A stretch of 64,000 nt of DNA from Pirellulales bacterium (GCA_963733035.1 CAVTBU010000005.1:1024001-1088000); one strand, 5' to 3'. Shown: positions 19,901 to 29,593, numbered from the stretch's first letter. Numbers and translations: made by a program. Notes: generated from the sequence alone by a model not told the origin.

Positions 19901-21295
19901 AAAGATCCGCAATCCGCCGCTCATGCGGCTTGGGCTCGCACGCAGAAGGCCCAGAATTTCGCTCCCTCGCGCGACTATGGAAATACAATGGAAGCCGTCA
20001 AACTCGTCGAGCAAAACGCTCAAGACGGCAAATTGGCGACGAATGACATGTTGACCATCGTGTCGTTGCTGGCGCCGCGCATGGATGAACCGCCGTCCCG
20101 TGCAAGAGCAATTGAGCTACTGGAAAAGGTTCGGCTCACAGATAAGCTCAATGCCGCGCAAATGGTCGCGCTTGGGCGACTGTACGAACGTGACGGAAAC
20201 TGGGATCAAGCGCGAAATACGATGTCGGCGGCAATGAGCATGGGCGACGACAATCCAGAAGCATGTTTAATATTCGCCGAAATGCTCTTCGACCACGAGG
20301 ACTTCGAGGAGTCGCAGCGATATGTCGATCGAGCCCAAGATTTACTACAGAATACTTTGGCACAACCTTCGAGCCCACTAAGCCAGAGTGCACGAGTCCT
20401 GAGAGCTCGCTTGTTGGTAAGAGATGGAAAGTCAGAAGAAGCCGTCAAAGTACTGGAGGGCTGGCTGCCAAGACCGCTTCCGCAAAATGGACTCGTGTGG
20501 CTCCTGCAGGTCGCGCAGCAAGCGGAGTCCCTCGAACTGAATGATGCCGCCTCTCGTCTCTTCGAGGAGTACGCTTCCTTGGACCCAACGACGGGCAAGT
20601 TGGCGCTGGCGGCCTACCGAGGTCGCCGCGGAGACATCGAGCAGTCATTCGCCTTGCTCGAAGATTCTCACGAAACCTCGCCGATGATCGAAATCCTGCC
20701 GATCGCGTTGGCCAACGTGCGGGCCTTTCCGGAAAAGATCACCCCAGGGCAATTCAAAATGCTCGACGCGTGGGCCAAGACAGCGTTGAAACAGAGTAAG
20801 GATCCAGCGCGGCTGAAGCTTTTGATTGCCGAAATGTACGATCTTCAAGGTCGCTACGACGACGTCATCAAGGTCTATCGCAAGATGCTTGCCGATCCCG
20901 AGATCTCGCGTATTTATAAGGCTTATGTCCAGAACAATCTGGCGTTTATACTTGCGGCAGTCAATCCGACCCAGCAGAGCGGCGCCGAGGCCGAAAAGTT
21001 GATTGAACAAGCAATTGCCGTTTTGGGCCCGACCTCCGATCTGCTCGACACGCGGGCGCTTTCCTTCCTGGCTCAGGGGAAAGTGGACGAAGCGGCGGCC
21101 GACCTGAGAACGGCTGTCGACGACCGTCCGACAACGTCGAAGTACTATCACTTGGCTCAGGTCGAAAAGCGCCTCGGAAACGCTGACGCGGCCAAAATCG
21201 CGATTGCCAAAGCCGAGGAATTGCACGGCGGCCGTAATAGTTTTACGCCTGCCGAACGCAAGGGTTACGAGCAACTCAAAAGTGAAATGAATTAG
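16928..21295 (+). CDS. Large N-terminally membrane-anchored TPR-repeat protein
   Basis: 1455 aa; N-terminal TM helix; many TPR repeats; C-terminal NNLAFIL...LLDTRA motif. Confidence 0.9.
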   Translation: MKRLNVKLALWLVGITVFSVVGGYFLHGFQEDRNAEFLKVQAEQARNEGNDQDAIKHYSQYVRHRDDVEGYKALAELTVKVAKSPKATRNDHIRAYNLLEEAIRRYPDLDEARSSLIDYTMLMRRYGEALDHIAYLQANGSKDTNLELKKAICQLNNGEEDAARKKLFEIVGYDSENQQFAAEPPATAKETEAYLILARLFRAERKNDTADALMQKLVEWNPDLAQAHITRAAYLLSVWETVRSDTPEGQDLKAQLLVDAKNELKRASEIEPDDVDTLLMTSGIAVHERDFPRAQELLDRAMKLNPERADVYLRRSALAFAQGDQEKATAELQTGLDKTENVKPLLEQLVEIQFTQRDLKGAKATCEKMKKVATIPPEYVGYQEARLQMGEGKVIEAARAFEKVRPAMERLGGQYLNTVNSLLGRCYEVLGMPDRQLEVYRRVLSAYPNLLQARIGETAALQALGRHAEAETSVKLLASSALRDPEQTSRILQLVVNQQLSKPQDERDWQQVEKLTAMLQDGGKQTPLQTQLLKSQLLLAQGKSGEALKILGTLRKEHPKEAGVWIALCNLMASEEEYRDRLPQVIALAENALGDVAPLQAERIKIVAREGGDDASQKLQKLEDGNKTYEPKEQQALVALLGTAYLQVGDYENAKRCLKEVMAQEGSNLRVRQLLFDLAMERKDDATVEGIIKELGKSPYFGQGSALYRYCKAAYELQKFTIGRQGKTGGLSKAEHQQLSEVRKSVDEAIALRGEWAPLWRLRGQVDQLDGNVTGAIANYQRSLDYSRSGQTGTARRLVTLLYAAQRYTEANEAMRYLDGSELPDAMRKLVEATKQRVGDTKAALEMARADLQKDPDNPGNYVWYGQLLEGDGDFEGAEQAYLQAVAKGPKLASAWENLVRRLMSNNKKQEAVAAAKKAAESLGDSPLELGRLYQRAGESADAEKRYKQALANEPDNLMIMRHLAELYLSEENIKAALAQLDKIIEKATVAKDPQSAAHAAWARTQKAQNFAPSRDYGNTMEAVKLVEQNAQDGKLATNDMLTIVSLLAPRMDEPPSRARAIELLEKVRLTDKLNAAQMVALGRLYERDGNWDQARNTMSAAMSMGDDNPEACLIFAEMLFDHEDFEESQRYVDRAQDLLQNTLAQPSSPLSQSARVLRARLLVRDGKSEEAVKVLEGWLPRPLPQNGLVWLLQVAQQAESLELNDAASRLFEEYASLDPTTGKLALAAYRGRRGDIEQSFALLEDSHETSPMIEILPIALANVRAFPEKITPGQFKMLDAWAKTALKQSKDPARLKLLIAEMYDLQGRYDDVIKVYRKMLADPEISRIYKAYVQNNLAFILAAVNPTQQSGAEAEKLIEQAIAVLGPTSDLLDTRALSFLAQGKVDEAAADLRTAVDDRPTTSKYYHLAQVEKRLGNADAAKIAIAKAEELHGGRNSFTPAERKGYEQLKSEMN

Positions 21296-21325
21296 GCACC
21301 TGACAAATTGTCGAGGGACAATGCC

Positions 21326-21610
21326 ATGGCAACGGAAGCCGCAGAAACCTGGCGTCAGTGCTTTGCTCGTTGGCCAAATGACGTCGACCGTCGCGGAGTT
21401 CTAGTAACGTCATTTGGCGAACAAATCGCTTTTGAGTCCTTTGCCGCCAGCGACGACATGCTGCTGATCGAACGACGTTCGCCCGACAATGTCGGCGCGA
21501 GGATGGTGCTGATCGACTATCATCACATCCAAGCTCTCAAGCTGGTCGACGTACTCAAGATGAAAGTCTTTCAGCCGCTCGGATTTGTGTTGCCCCCTTC
21601 GCGCAAGTAA
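21326..21610 (+). CDS. Small hypothetical protein
   Basis: ATG 21326 after a GAGGG RBS-like sequence; protein-like composition; operonic position. Confidence 0.75.
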   Translation: MATEAAETWRQCFARWPNDVDRRGVLVTSFGEQIAFESFAASDDMLLIERRSPDNVGARMVLIDYHHIQALKLVDVLKMKVFQPLGFVLPPSRK

Positions 21611-21672
21611 CTCGCCACGATCTCCCCTGCCCTGCCTGCGAACCCTTGCCTGCTAGCCTGCCCGAATTCGAA

Positions 21673-22560
21673 ATGAACTCCGTCCAACGCTATTCCACCG
21701 GTGTACCTGGCCTGGACAAGCATCTCGGCGGCGGATTGATACCGGGAACGCTCACCACGATCGTGGGAGCCAGTGGCATCGGCAAAACACAGCTCGGATT
21801 GCAATTCGCTCACACCGGCGCGGCGCAAGAAGGCCGCCGCGGTGTCATCTTCGACCTTAGCGCACGCATCGATCCCCAAAGCCATGTGCCTTATGCCGAA
21901 CGCATGTTCGGGTGGAACGTCACCGCGCATCCACACGGCCGCTTTTCGTCGGACTCGGCGTTTGACCCGGCTCGACCGGTTGGCGAGTACTTGCACGTCT
22001 TCGATCAGACCGGACGTCGTGTGACGCACAGCGAACTTGGATTCGACGCCTGGCACGATTGGCAAGTCGAACTGGCGGCCAAGCTCGAAGTGACGATCGA
22101 CTTCTTCTACTCCAACTTCGCCCGCGGGGCGCGGCGCGTCGTCGTCGATGGCATCGAGCCGGCAACTCGCCCCAGCGACTCCATCCAAATCGAACTCTTC
22201 GAATACGTTTACCACCAGGTTCTGCGCAAAGAATCCGATTGGGTTGCGCGCGATCTGTTTCGGCAGGCGTTTCGAGCGAACCTTGCGGCCATTGAAGAAC
22301 ACGCCTACGACGCCACGCAAGTCGGCGCCGTCCTGCTGATGACCGCGCATGATACGATGCTCGACGACCTGATCGAGCGTCCGCTCGTCGATGGCGATCC
22401 ACTGGCAACCGCCAACACACTGATCTACATGGGCAAGATTCGCGAAGGCAACAAACTCGCCCGCGGGCTGTTCATTGCCAAACACCGCGGCAGCGCCTGT
22501 TCTGACGAGATATTGCGCTACACGATTGACGACGCCGGTCTGCGATTGATCGACGCCTGA
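21673..22560 (+). CDS. Single-domain KaiC/RAD55-like RecA-superfamily ATPase
   Basis: STGVPGLD..LGGG, Walker A GASGIGKT, Walker B VVVDG, KHRGS motif. Confidence 0.9.
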   Translation: MNSVQRYSTGVPGLDKHLGGGLIPGTLTTIVGASGIGKTQLGLQFAHTGAAQEGRRGVIFDLSARIDPQSHVPYAERMFGWNVTAHPHGRFSSDSAFDPARPVGEYLHVFDQTGRRVTHSELGFDAWHDWQVELAAKLEVTIDFFYSNFARGARRVVVDGIEPATRPSDSIQIELFEYVYHQVLRKESDWVARDLFRQAFRANLAAIEEHAYDATQVGAVLLMTAHDTMLDDLIERPLVDGDPLATANTLIYMGKIREGNKLARGLFIAKHRGSACSDEILRYTIDDAGLRLIDA

Positions 22561-22636
22561 ACATCGTGCTCAAGCCAGCGGTCGCCGCTCGACGGGCTTG
22601 AATTCCACCCCTTCGATCTAAATCGCTTCTGGCATT

Positions 22637-22954
22637 CTACCCCTGCGCTTGCAACATCCGCGCCTTGGCCATCGCGTCTTCGGCCTCGGGAATCTTGCCC
22701 GCTCGCTGAAAGGTAACGCTCATGGCTGTGAAACTAAATGGCTCGTTCGGCTCGAGTTCGCAAACCCGCAAGCCATGCTTGATGGCGTCTTCGTGCCGGT
22801 TCAACCGCCCGTAAAGAACGGCCAGAGCGGAATGCGCCAAGGCAAACGTGTCGTCTTGCGACAGCAACGTCTCAAGCTGTTGAGCTGCCTCGTCTAGCTT
22901 GCCTTCGTCTTTGAGGCGTTCGTATTCGCGGTATAGCTCTTCGTTGGTCGGCAT
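22637..22954 (-). CDS. Small TPR protein
   Basis: About two TPR repeats (LAHSALAVLYGRL, ELEPNEPFSF); AGGGG RBS. Confidence 0.85.
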   Translation of the reverse strand: MPTNEELYREYERLKDEGKLDEAAQQLETLLSQDDTFALAHSALAVLYGRLNRHEDAIKHGLRVCELEPNEPFSFTAMSVTFQRAGKIPEAEDAMAKARMLQAQG

Positions 22955-23390
22955 TGCCCCTCCCGTCGTTGGCAGAATTCGCTGTAAAGGTACTTGCGGT
23001 CAAGCGGCTTGGGTCTGGCTAGAATTGCTAGCACGCTGGCGATTTTAGCAACTTTCGCCGGCGCTCGCTGGGCCTGCAAGCCGCTGGCCGCCGGCGCTCG
23101 GCAGGCCAGGCCGCCGGGTGCACGTTTTCCCGCATTTCAAGGCCCTTGGCGCGGCCCAGCCGTCATATTCGTTACCTTCGGCAGACTCGTTAGATGTCGT
23201 GTTTTGGGTTGAATTGGCACGCCTGGAAAATCCGATAGTGAAGTCAGCACGAGCACTCGAGAGTTCTCGCCCCCGGCGGGGACGCCAACCGAGTGGCTCG
23301 CCTCCTCGCCATGCCCGCGCGAGGGTCCCTCCCGAGGGACGAAGCCGCCATGGTAGCCGGGAAGCGACCCTGCCTCGGAGAATCTGCACG

Positions 23391-24248
23391 GTGAATATCC
23401 ATCCGCTCGCAATCGTGAGCCCCGCAGCCAAGCTGGGGCCAGGCACCACAGTGGGTCCCTTCTGTATCATCGAGCCCGACGTCGTCCTGGGCGCTGGCTG
23501 CACGCTGGCCAGCCGCGTCGTGATCAAAAACGGCGCTACGCTGGGCGACCACAACACGGTTTGCGAAGGAACCGTGCTCGGAGGCGCGCCCCAACACCTG
23601 CGAACCCCCGAACGAATGGGCCGCATTCTGATCGGCTCTCACAACACCTTCCGCGAGAACGTGACGGTCCATCGGGCCTTGAGCGAAGACGCGGTGACCA
23701 CAATTGGCGATCACAACTTGCTGATGGTTGGCGCGCATGTGGCCCACGACTGCACGGTGGGCAATCACGTCGTGCTCGCCAACAACGCCCTGCTGGGAGG
23801 CTTTGTGTCGGTGGCGGACCGGGCGTTCGTGTCCGGGGCCGTGGCCGTGCACCAATTCTGCCGCATCGGTCGCATGGCAATGGTCGGCGGCTGCGCCCGC
23901 GTGGTTCAAGACATCCCGCCGTACGTCATGGTCGACGGCCACAGCGGACTGATCGTGGGGTTGAACCTGGTCGGTTTGCGTCGCAATGGTTTCAGTCATG
24001 AGCAGATCGCACAACTCAAAGCAGCCTATCGCACCATTTATCGTAGTGGCCTGAACTGGAAAGGCGTGCTCGAAGCTCTCGTCCGCGAGTACCCAGAGGG
24101 TCCAGCGGCCGACTTCCATCCGTTCCTTTCGCAGGGCACGCGGGGCTTTGTCCAAGAGCGACGCATGCCGCCGACCGCCACGCTCAAACTCCGCCGCGCC
24201 AGCGACGACGATGGCGAAGGCCACCGCTACCGGGCCAAAGCCGGCTAG
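23391..24248 (+). CDS. lpxA: Acyl-ACP--UDP-N-acetylglucosamine O-acyltransferase
   Basis: Hexapeptide repeats, GGAPQ, RENVTVHR, HVAHDC, VHQFCRIG, GLNLVGLRR; GTG start at 23391. Confidence 0.93.
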   Translation: MNIHPLAIVSPAAKLGPGTTVGPFCIIEPDVVLGAGCTLASRVVIKNGATLGDHNTVCEGTVLGGAPQHLRTPERMGRILIGSHNTFRENVTVHRALSEDAVTTIGDHNLLMVGAHVAHDCTVGNHVVLANNALLGGFVSVADRAFVSGAVAVHQFCRIGRMAMVGGCARVVQDIPPYVMVDGHSGLIVGLNLVGLRRNGFSHEQIAQLKAAYRTIYRSGLNWKGVLEALVREYPEGPAADFHPFLSQGTRGFVQERRMPPTATLKLRRASDDDGEGHRYRAKAG

Positions 24249-24283
24249 CGCTTCCGCAGCACACAAGTTCGGTGTCCGCTCCC

Positions 24284-24313
24284 AGGGGTCGGAAACGCTG
24301 GTTTCCGGCCCCT
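24284..24313 (+). terminator. 13-bp hairpin after lpxA, possible terminator
   Basis: AGGGGTCGGAAAC-gctg-GTTTCCGGCCCCT; U-tail is weak. Confidence 0.4.
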
Positions 24314-24975
24314 TGCCGTTTTCGCGGCGCGGCCAAGTGCCTGCTGCCTCGAACCCAGCCGCATTGTGCGGCAGGCGCCGGCTCGATTTCAACCACCGGC
24401 GAACGCGTGCACGATTGTTCGGTGTGCAACGGGCGGCCCGGCCGCTCCCCACGGCGCCGACAAGTGCGTCGATTGGCCCGGTTCGGAATTCGCAAAGTTT
24501 TCGAGTGGCATTTTTTCGGGATGAAAGTTGTGCGCACTTTTCTTTTCGCCTTTTGTAACCTGAAAAATGACACCTGTCGTAGCACGCAGCTTTCGCATTT
24601 TGCCCGATATGAAACATGACGATCCTCCGCGCGTCCCCTGTGCAGAATTTGCCGACCGTAGGCTAGCCCAGGTGCTGGCCCGATTGATAGAGGCAAAGTC
24701 GTGCAGGGCGTTCCCTAGCTGTGCGCGGCAGGAAGAATGCAGGCGAAATGCCACGCACAGCCGCACCAAGCGTAAAGAGCGACCGCCAGCGTCAAGCACA
24801 AAAATGTACTAGCATTCTGGTCGGGTGCCGGTACTACAGTTCGAGGCGCGAACCGGAAGCGTCGGATTGGCGCAGGCACGAGCAAGCAAGGTTGATGCCG
24901 CCGCCACGTCGCACCCGTGCCCGTATTGGTTCCGGGCGCCTTTAGTTTGTTGCGCGCAAGTCTCGCGCTGAGCCT

Positions 24976-25977
24976 TCAATCCGCCAACGTCATGCCCGTA
25001 CGCTTACGAATTGGGGGCGCAGGGCATTTGCGTAAATAGTCGAGTATCTCGGAGACTTGGGCGGTAGCCAGAGCCAGGCAGCTATCGGCTCCACCGTAGT
25101 ACATGCGGATGGCGCCACTCGTTTTGTCCAGAATCCAACCGCATGGAAAAACCACGCCGTTGACATCCCCCTGGCGTTCGTACGGCATTTCCGGTGCAAA
25201 GATCCATTCGTCACTGCGCCGCAAAACCCGACACGGATCTTCCAGATCGAGCAATGCAAGTCCCAAGCGATAAAGGCAACCACCCGCAGTCACGCGTACA
25301 CCGTGATACAAGATGAGCCAGCCTTCAGGCGTCTCCAAGGGCGGAGGGCTGAGGCCAATTTTGTTGGCATCCCACCATGCCCCACGCCGCGCATGCAACA
25401 GAATGTGGTGATCACCCCAATGCGTAAGATCCGGCGAAAACGAAATCCACATGTGAGCGCCAAGCCCGGCAGACACGGGGCGATGGATCATTGCGTAGCG
25501 GTTGCCGAAGCGGCGGGGAAAGATCGCGGCATCCTTGTCGTCTGGTGGCATGACCGGGCCAAGTCGCGCGAAATGAACAAAATCTTTTGTCGCAGCCAAT
25601 GACACCAGCGGACCGCTGGTTGAATACGCCGTGTAGGCGATGATCCACTCGTTGCGTTCTTCAATCCAGGTTACACGGGGATCCTCAACGCCCCAGGCTT
25701 CTTCGGGAAAGTCAGCGGGGTCGGCTGCGAAACTCGGCCTCGAATCAATTTGCCAGTTGCCAATTCCGTCGTTACTTCGGGCAACGCAAAGATGCGAATG
25801 GCCTCGCCGGTCTTCGACTCGTACCAGTAGAATCGTTTCGTCGCCCGACTGACATGCGCCGGCATTAAAAATCGAATGCGCTGGATAAGGCCAATCGTGG
25901 GCCGTGAGGATTGGGTTCGTGGAATTGCGATGGAACAGGTCAACGTGCAAATTGGCGACCGTCGATTCTCGACGCAT
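24976..25977 (-). CDS. GH130-family glycoside phosphorylase/hydrolase (beta-mannoside)
   Basis: NPIL, FNAGA, GVEDPRV, DKDAAIFP, YHGV, VVFPCG, YYGGAD motifs. Confidence 0.9.
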   Translation of the reverse strand: MRRESTVANLHVDLFHRNSTNPILTAHDWPYPAHSIFNAGACQSGDETILLVRVEDRRGHSHLCVARSNDGIGNWQIDSRPSFAADPADFPEEAWGVEDPRVTWIEERNEWIIAYTAYSTSGPLVSLAATKDFVHFARLGPVMPPDDKDAAIFPRRFGNRYAMIHRPVSAGLGAHMWISFSPDLTHWGDHHILLHARRGAWWDANKIGLSPPPLETPEGWLILYHGVRVTAGGCLYRLGLALLDLEDPCRVLRRSDEWIFAPEMPYERQGDVNGVVFPCGWILDKTSGAIRMYYGGADSCLALATAQVSEILDYLRKCPAPPIRKRTGMTLAD

Positions 25978-26021
25978 GCATTTTTCCTTTTGGGCGGTTT
26001 CTCAGGCTTGGTTCACGGAAC

Positions 26022-27098
26022 TTATCCGTTCCCGACGGCAGCTTGCGGGCTACCATCTAGGACGCGCTGAAGATTGCAGTTGTGGACTTCGGTCCACAAG
26101 TAAGCGAGTGTCGATTCGGCACCTTGGTTTCGGTTGATGCCCGACGCGTGCAGACCATCGCAACAGGCTCCCCGGGGAGCATCGACCAGAGGCTTTCGCA
26201 AGCTATTCTGGCCGTGGAACCAGCCATGTGCGCGGCGAAAGGTGGACAAGTACTTCTCTTCTCGTTGGCGTCCGAAAGCGGTTAGCGCCGCTTCGGCCAT
26301 CGTGGACGCCTCGACCGGCTGTTGATCGTGCAAGGCTTTGCTTTGCTTAGGGGCGTGCCATCCCCCATTGCCAATTGGCCAAAACACGCCTTCGGCTGTT
26401 GTTTCGCGGTCGAGGAACGAAAACGCAGCCTCTGCTACGGCAAAAAAGGGCTCCGTTGGCCAGCGTTGGGACGCGGCGAACAGCGCATGCGGTAATACGG
26501 CATTGGCGTAGGTCATGCGAGGCTCGAACCACAACCAGTCCGCTGACCGACATCGCTCGAAGCACTCGACCAGTTGCCGAGCCGCGTACCAAGCAATGTT
26601 TTCCAGTGATGCGGCATCGGCCACTTCGGATCGGCAAAGATGATCCCACGCCAGCACGATATACGCCTGGGCCCGCGGGCTGCGCACGTCGATGAGCGTA
26701 GGCACAAGCGAGCCGATAAGTTCCCGAGCCAACCGCCGATGATCGTCTGGCAATTTACTGCCGAGTACTTCGGCTAACGCAAGGACGGCTTGTCCTTGGC
26801 AGTCGTCGCAGCCTTTTGCGTCCAGCCAACTACGTTGATAACTGAGGTAATTATGAAAGCCTCCGTCGGCACACTGCGCAAATTGCAAGAATCCCAGATA
26901 ACGTGTCACGCGTTCAAGCATTCTTGGGTCGGGGCGTTCCGAGCACAATTGAGCACAAAGCCGCAAAGCGCGGGCGTTATCGTCGGTCGTATAGCCGCTC
27001 TCGCGCCGCGGAATGCTGTAGATCGCATGCTGAATCAAGCCAGTCGAGTCCGTCATGCGGTCCAAATGATCCAGAACGACCGGATTGTGACGATGCAC
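26022..27098 (-). CDS. Six-hairpin (alpha/alpha)6-type protein usually fused to GT4 glycosyltransferases
   Basis: HL.RMTD.TGLIQHA, GYTTDDNARAL, WFE..MTY.NA, DQQPVEA, NQGAESTLA; GTG start overlaps the upstream stop. Confidence 0.85.
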   Translation of the reverse strand: MHRHNPVVLDHLDRMTDSTGLIQHAIYSIPRRESGYTTDDNARALRLCAQLCSERPDPRMLERVTRYLGFLQFAQCADGGFHNYLSYQRSWLDAKGCDDCQGQAVLALAEVLGSKLPDDHRRLARELIGSLVPTLIDVRSPRAQAYIVLAWDHLCRSEVADAASLENIAWYAARQLVECFERCRSADWLWFEPRMTYANAVLPHALFAASQRWPTEPFFAVAEAAFSFLDRETTAEGVFWPIGNGGWHAPKQSKALHDQQPVEASTMAEAALTAFGRQREEKYLSTFRRAHGWFHGQNSLRKPLVDAPRGACCDGLHASGINRNQGAESTLAYLWTEVHNCNLQRVLDGSPQAAVGNG

Positions 27099-28333
27099 TA
27101 CAAGCCCCTTTGCAAAGATCGTTCATAGGGTTTCAGCTCACTCGACGCGGCGACGATCTTCCGATGGAGTCGCGTGATGTTGGCCCGTCGGGTCGATACG
27201 ATTCGGCCGAAGAGCTTTAAATACTTGTGTCCCACATTGTTCCAATGCATCGGACGGGAATACTCGTAGGCCCTGCGACGCGTCTCGAATTGAAACTTGC
27301 TATCGCCAAGGAATCGCAGTGCCGCATCGGCGAGGCCATCGCTCTGTTCAAATGGCGTTAGCAGGCCCCGACCGTCGGCCAGGACTTCTTGAGCATACAG
27401 ATAGGGAGTGCTGACGACTGCCAGCCCCGCCGACAGGGCATACGCCAATGTGCCGCTGGCAATCTGATCTTTTCCGGGATACGGAGTAACGTAGACATCG
27501 CAGGCTTGCAAGTATGCCAGCAGATCGGCCAAGCAAAGAAACTGATTTACGAAACGTACATGTTCGCCCACGCCCAGGCTTTGGGCCATGGCCGCCAGAC
27601 TTTCGCGATAGACCTCGCCCTCCTGACGTTTGACCAGCGGATGAGTGGCGCCGACGATCAGATATATCGCGTCTGGGTAGGCGGCCACGATGCGGGGCAT
27701 GGCTTGGATCATGTACTCCAGGCCCTTTCCTCGATTGATGAGGCCGAACGTGCAGATGACACGCTTCCCCGCCAACCCAATCCGCGCCTTGTGCAATTCA
27801 TCGCGATCAAAGGGAACTTCCGGCACGCCATGGGGAATCACCCGAATTCGGCGACTAGAGACGGCGTACACGCTGCGCAAGAGTTTCGCGGCAATCTCTG
27901 TCATGACCACCAAGCCCTGACTGTGCGCGGCGATCCGCTGGATCACGCGGCGCGGTAGCGGAGCGGGTTCGGTCATCAACGTATGAAAGGTCGTTACGAT
28001 GGGCTTGTGACATGCTTGTACGAACTGCAGTACGTCCTTTCCCCACTCGCCCGGGTAAAGTCCGAACTCATGTTGCAGGCTTACTACGTCGCAAGGGCCG
28101 TCGTTGGCCATTTCGGCAGCTATTCGGTAGGCGCCTCGCCGCGAGTTCTCTATGACGTGCACCACGCGAGGATCGTGCAGTTGAACCGGCCCCATCTTGC
28201 GGATCGCCGCGACCGACGAAATGTCGGAACCGGCTGCCAGGTCCACAGCGTCAGCCGAATCCCTGGTAAACGTGGCCAGCCCGCATTCCTCTGGCGGGTA
28301 GGTCGAAACAAACAGCGGTCGGACGATTTCCAT
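27098..28333 (-). CDS. GT4-family glycosyltransferase
   Basis: STYPP..CGLATF, QHEFGLY, IPHGVP, GKGLE, DVYVTPY, SGTLAYA, STPY motifs. Confidence 0.93.
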   Translation of the reverse strand: MEIVRPLFVSTYPPEECGLATFTRDSADAVDLAAGSDISSVAAIRKMGPVQLHDPRVVHVIENSRRGAYRIAAEMANDGPCDVVSLQHEFGLYPGEWGKDVLQFVQACHKPIVTTFHTLMTEPAPLPRRVIQRIAAHSQGLVVMTEIAAKLLRSVYAVSSRRIRVIPHGVPEVPFDRDELHKARIGLAGKRVICTFGLINRGKGLEYMIQAMPRIVAAYPDAIYLIVGATHPLVKRQEGEVYRESLAAMAQSLGVGEHVRFVNQFLCLADLLAYLQACDVYVTPYPGKDQIASGTLAYALSAGLAVVSTPYLYAQEVLADGRGLLTPFEQSDGLADAALRFLGDSKFQFETRRRAYEYSRPMHWNNVGHKYLKLFGRIVSTRRANITRLHRKIVAASSELKPYERSLQRGL

Positions 28334-28336
28334 CAG

Positions 28337-28540
28337 TCACCTTCGGTTATTGGTTCCGTGTGTCGAGAATCCTGTGAAGACTTCATCGAGCCCTTGCCGT
28401 CTTTTTTTGCAGTCGCGGCCATCGCCCTCGGTGACGCGTGGCCGGCGCTCCTTTTCCCCACTGCCGTCCGAAGGGAACAGCAATCCGTGCCAAACGCCGA
28501 CGACGACCACAGCAACCGCGAGCACCAGCAGCACTTCCAT
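28337..28540 (-). CDS. Small membrane-anchored protein (tentative)
   Basis: 67 aa, N-terminal hydrophobic helix, ends 3 nt before the GT4 start. Confidence 0.45.
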   Translation of the reverse strand: MEVLLVLAVAVVVVGVWHGLLFPSDGSGEKERRPRVTEGDGRDCKKRRQGLDEVFTGFSTHGTNNRR

Positions 28541-28627
28541 AAATGCGCCTGTCGTGGTTGGCCGAGTTTTCTTGAGCGAGCGGTACAGAGAAACTCCCCT
28601 CGGGCACGCCGCCGAGCGTGGCCGCTC

Positions 28628-28774
28628 TTAGGTCAGTCGGCGACCTTGAAACACGTTAACGAGCAGCACCACAAGCGCGACTACTAGCAGAGCGTGAATG
28701 AGTCCGCCCCCAACTCCGAAGCCGAACCCCAAGGCCCACAACAGCAGTACGATTAACAAGACGGTCCACAACAT
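28628..28774 (-). CDS. 48-aa lmo0937/DUF5670-like small membrane protein
   Basis: Below the ORF-track cutoff; hand translation MLWTVLLIVLLLWALGFGFGVGGGLIHALLVVALVVLLVNVFQGRRLT; GAGGTG RBS. Confidence 0.85.
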   Translation of the reverse strand: MLWTVLLIVLLLWALGFGFGVGGGLIHALLVVALVVLLVNVFQGRRLT

Positions 28775-28880
28775 ACGTCACCTCAGCGTGTAAAATTTCT
28801 CATTCGATCAAGCAAATATGGTCTGTGGGGAGACATGGCGATGCGCTCCGGCAGCACTCTGTCCGCCTCTAATTTTTCGC

Positions 28881-29156
28881 TTAAGATGGCATGATCATCT
28901 CAATGGAGTTAGTCCCAGCATCGCCGCCATGCGTCACCGATGCGGCCGCATCGTGATTCAACGGATTCAATTGGCCGCCGTTGTGAATTCGTTCCCAGAC
29001 CTCCAGGCGATGGACCGGAATGTCGGGATCAACGTCGAATCCCAGTTTCACCTTCTCGCCGCGAATCTCGAGCACGGTAACTTTCAGCATGCGCTGAACG
29101 CCGTCGGCGCCTCCAACCACGACCGACTCCTTGTTCCTTCTCGTCAGCACTAGCAT
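28881..29156 (-). CDS. csrA: Carbon storage regulator CsrA-family RNA-binding protein
   Basis: MLVLTRR..ESVVVG...KVTVLEIRG.KVKLG...IPVHR.EV; GAAGG RBS. Confidence 0.92.
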   Translation of the reverse strand: MLVLTRRNKESVVVGGADGVQRMLKVTVLEIRGEKVKLGFDVDPDIPVHRLEVWERIHNGGQLNPLNHDAAASVTHGGDAGTNSIEMIMPS

Positions 29157-29179
29157 CGTCGCACCTTCCTTTCTCATGC

Positions 29180-29593
29180 CTACCTCTGCGTTCCATTTCC
29201 GCTCCAGGTTCCGGCAGTCACACTGTCGGTGAGCAGGAACACTTGAACCACCGTTCCGGTAGTAAACGCCTTCACGACGGTACCCGACGTCGGTGCGATC
29301 TCGACCCCCGATTCACGCACGTTTACCCCAGTGATTCGCTTGATTTCGTCCCGCAGCGAGTCGGCAGAGTTGTCGAACAGCTGACGGTGAAACTTCTGCA
29401 CCTGGACGGCTCCTTCCGGGGTCTTGGCCAATGCCTGCTCCGCCGGTGACAACGCCCCTTGGAGCGTGATGACCAGCGTATTCTCACTGAACACGACAGT
29501 TACCGACTGGGGCATGATGCCAGTCCGTCGGCGCTCGAAATCACTGGCTGCCAAGGCGACTTCCTTCGCCATCGCCGAACTGGAATTATCCAT
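29180..29593 (-). CDS. DUF2294 (MpsC-like) family protein, divergent paralog
   Basis: FE...TG..P.SV.V.....LVITL.GALSPAE..L...PEG...V..F.RQL...L...I..ITGV.V pattern; AAAGGAG RBS. Confidence 0.85.
   Translation of the reverse strand: MDNSSSAMAKEVALAASDFERRRTGIMPQSVTVVFSENTLVITLQGALSPAEQALAKTPEGAVQVQKFHRQLFDNSADSLRDEIKRITGVNVRESGVEIAPTSGTVVKAFTTGTVVQVFLLTDSVTAGTWSGNGTQR

Noticed and set aside
24320..24970. Long spacer between lpxA and the GH130 gene as an ncRNA or island boundary
   Set aside because: AT-richer core, but no convincing structure, repeat or ORF could be supported by eye.
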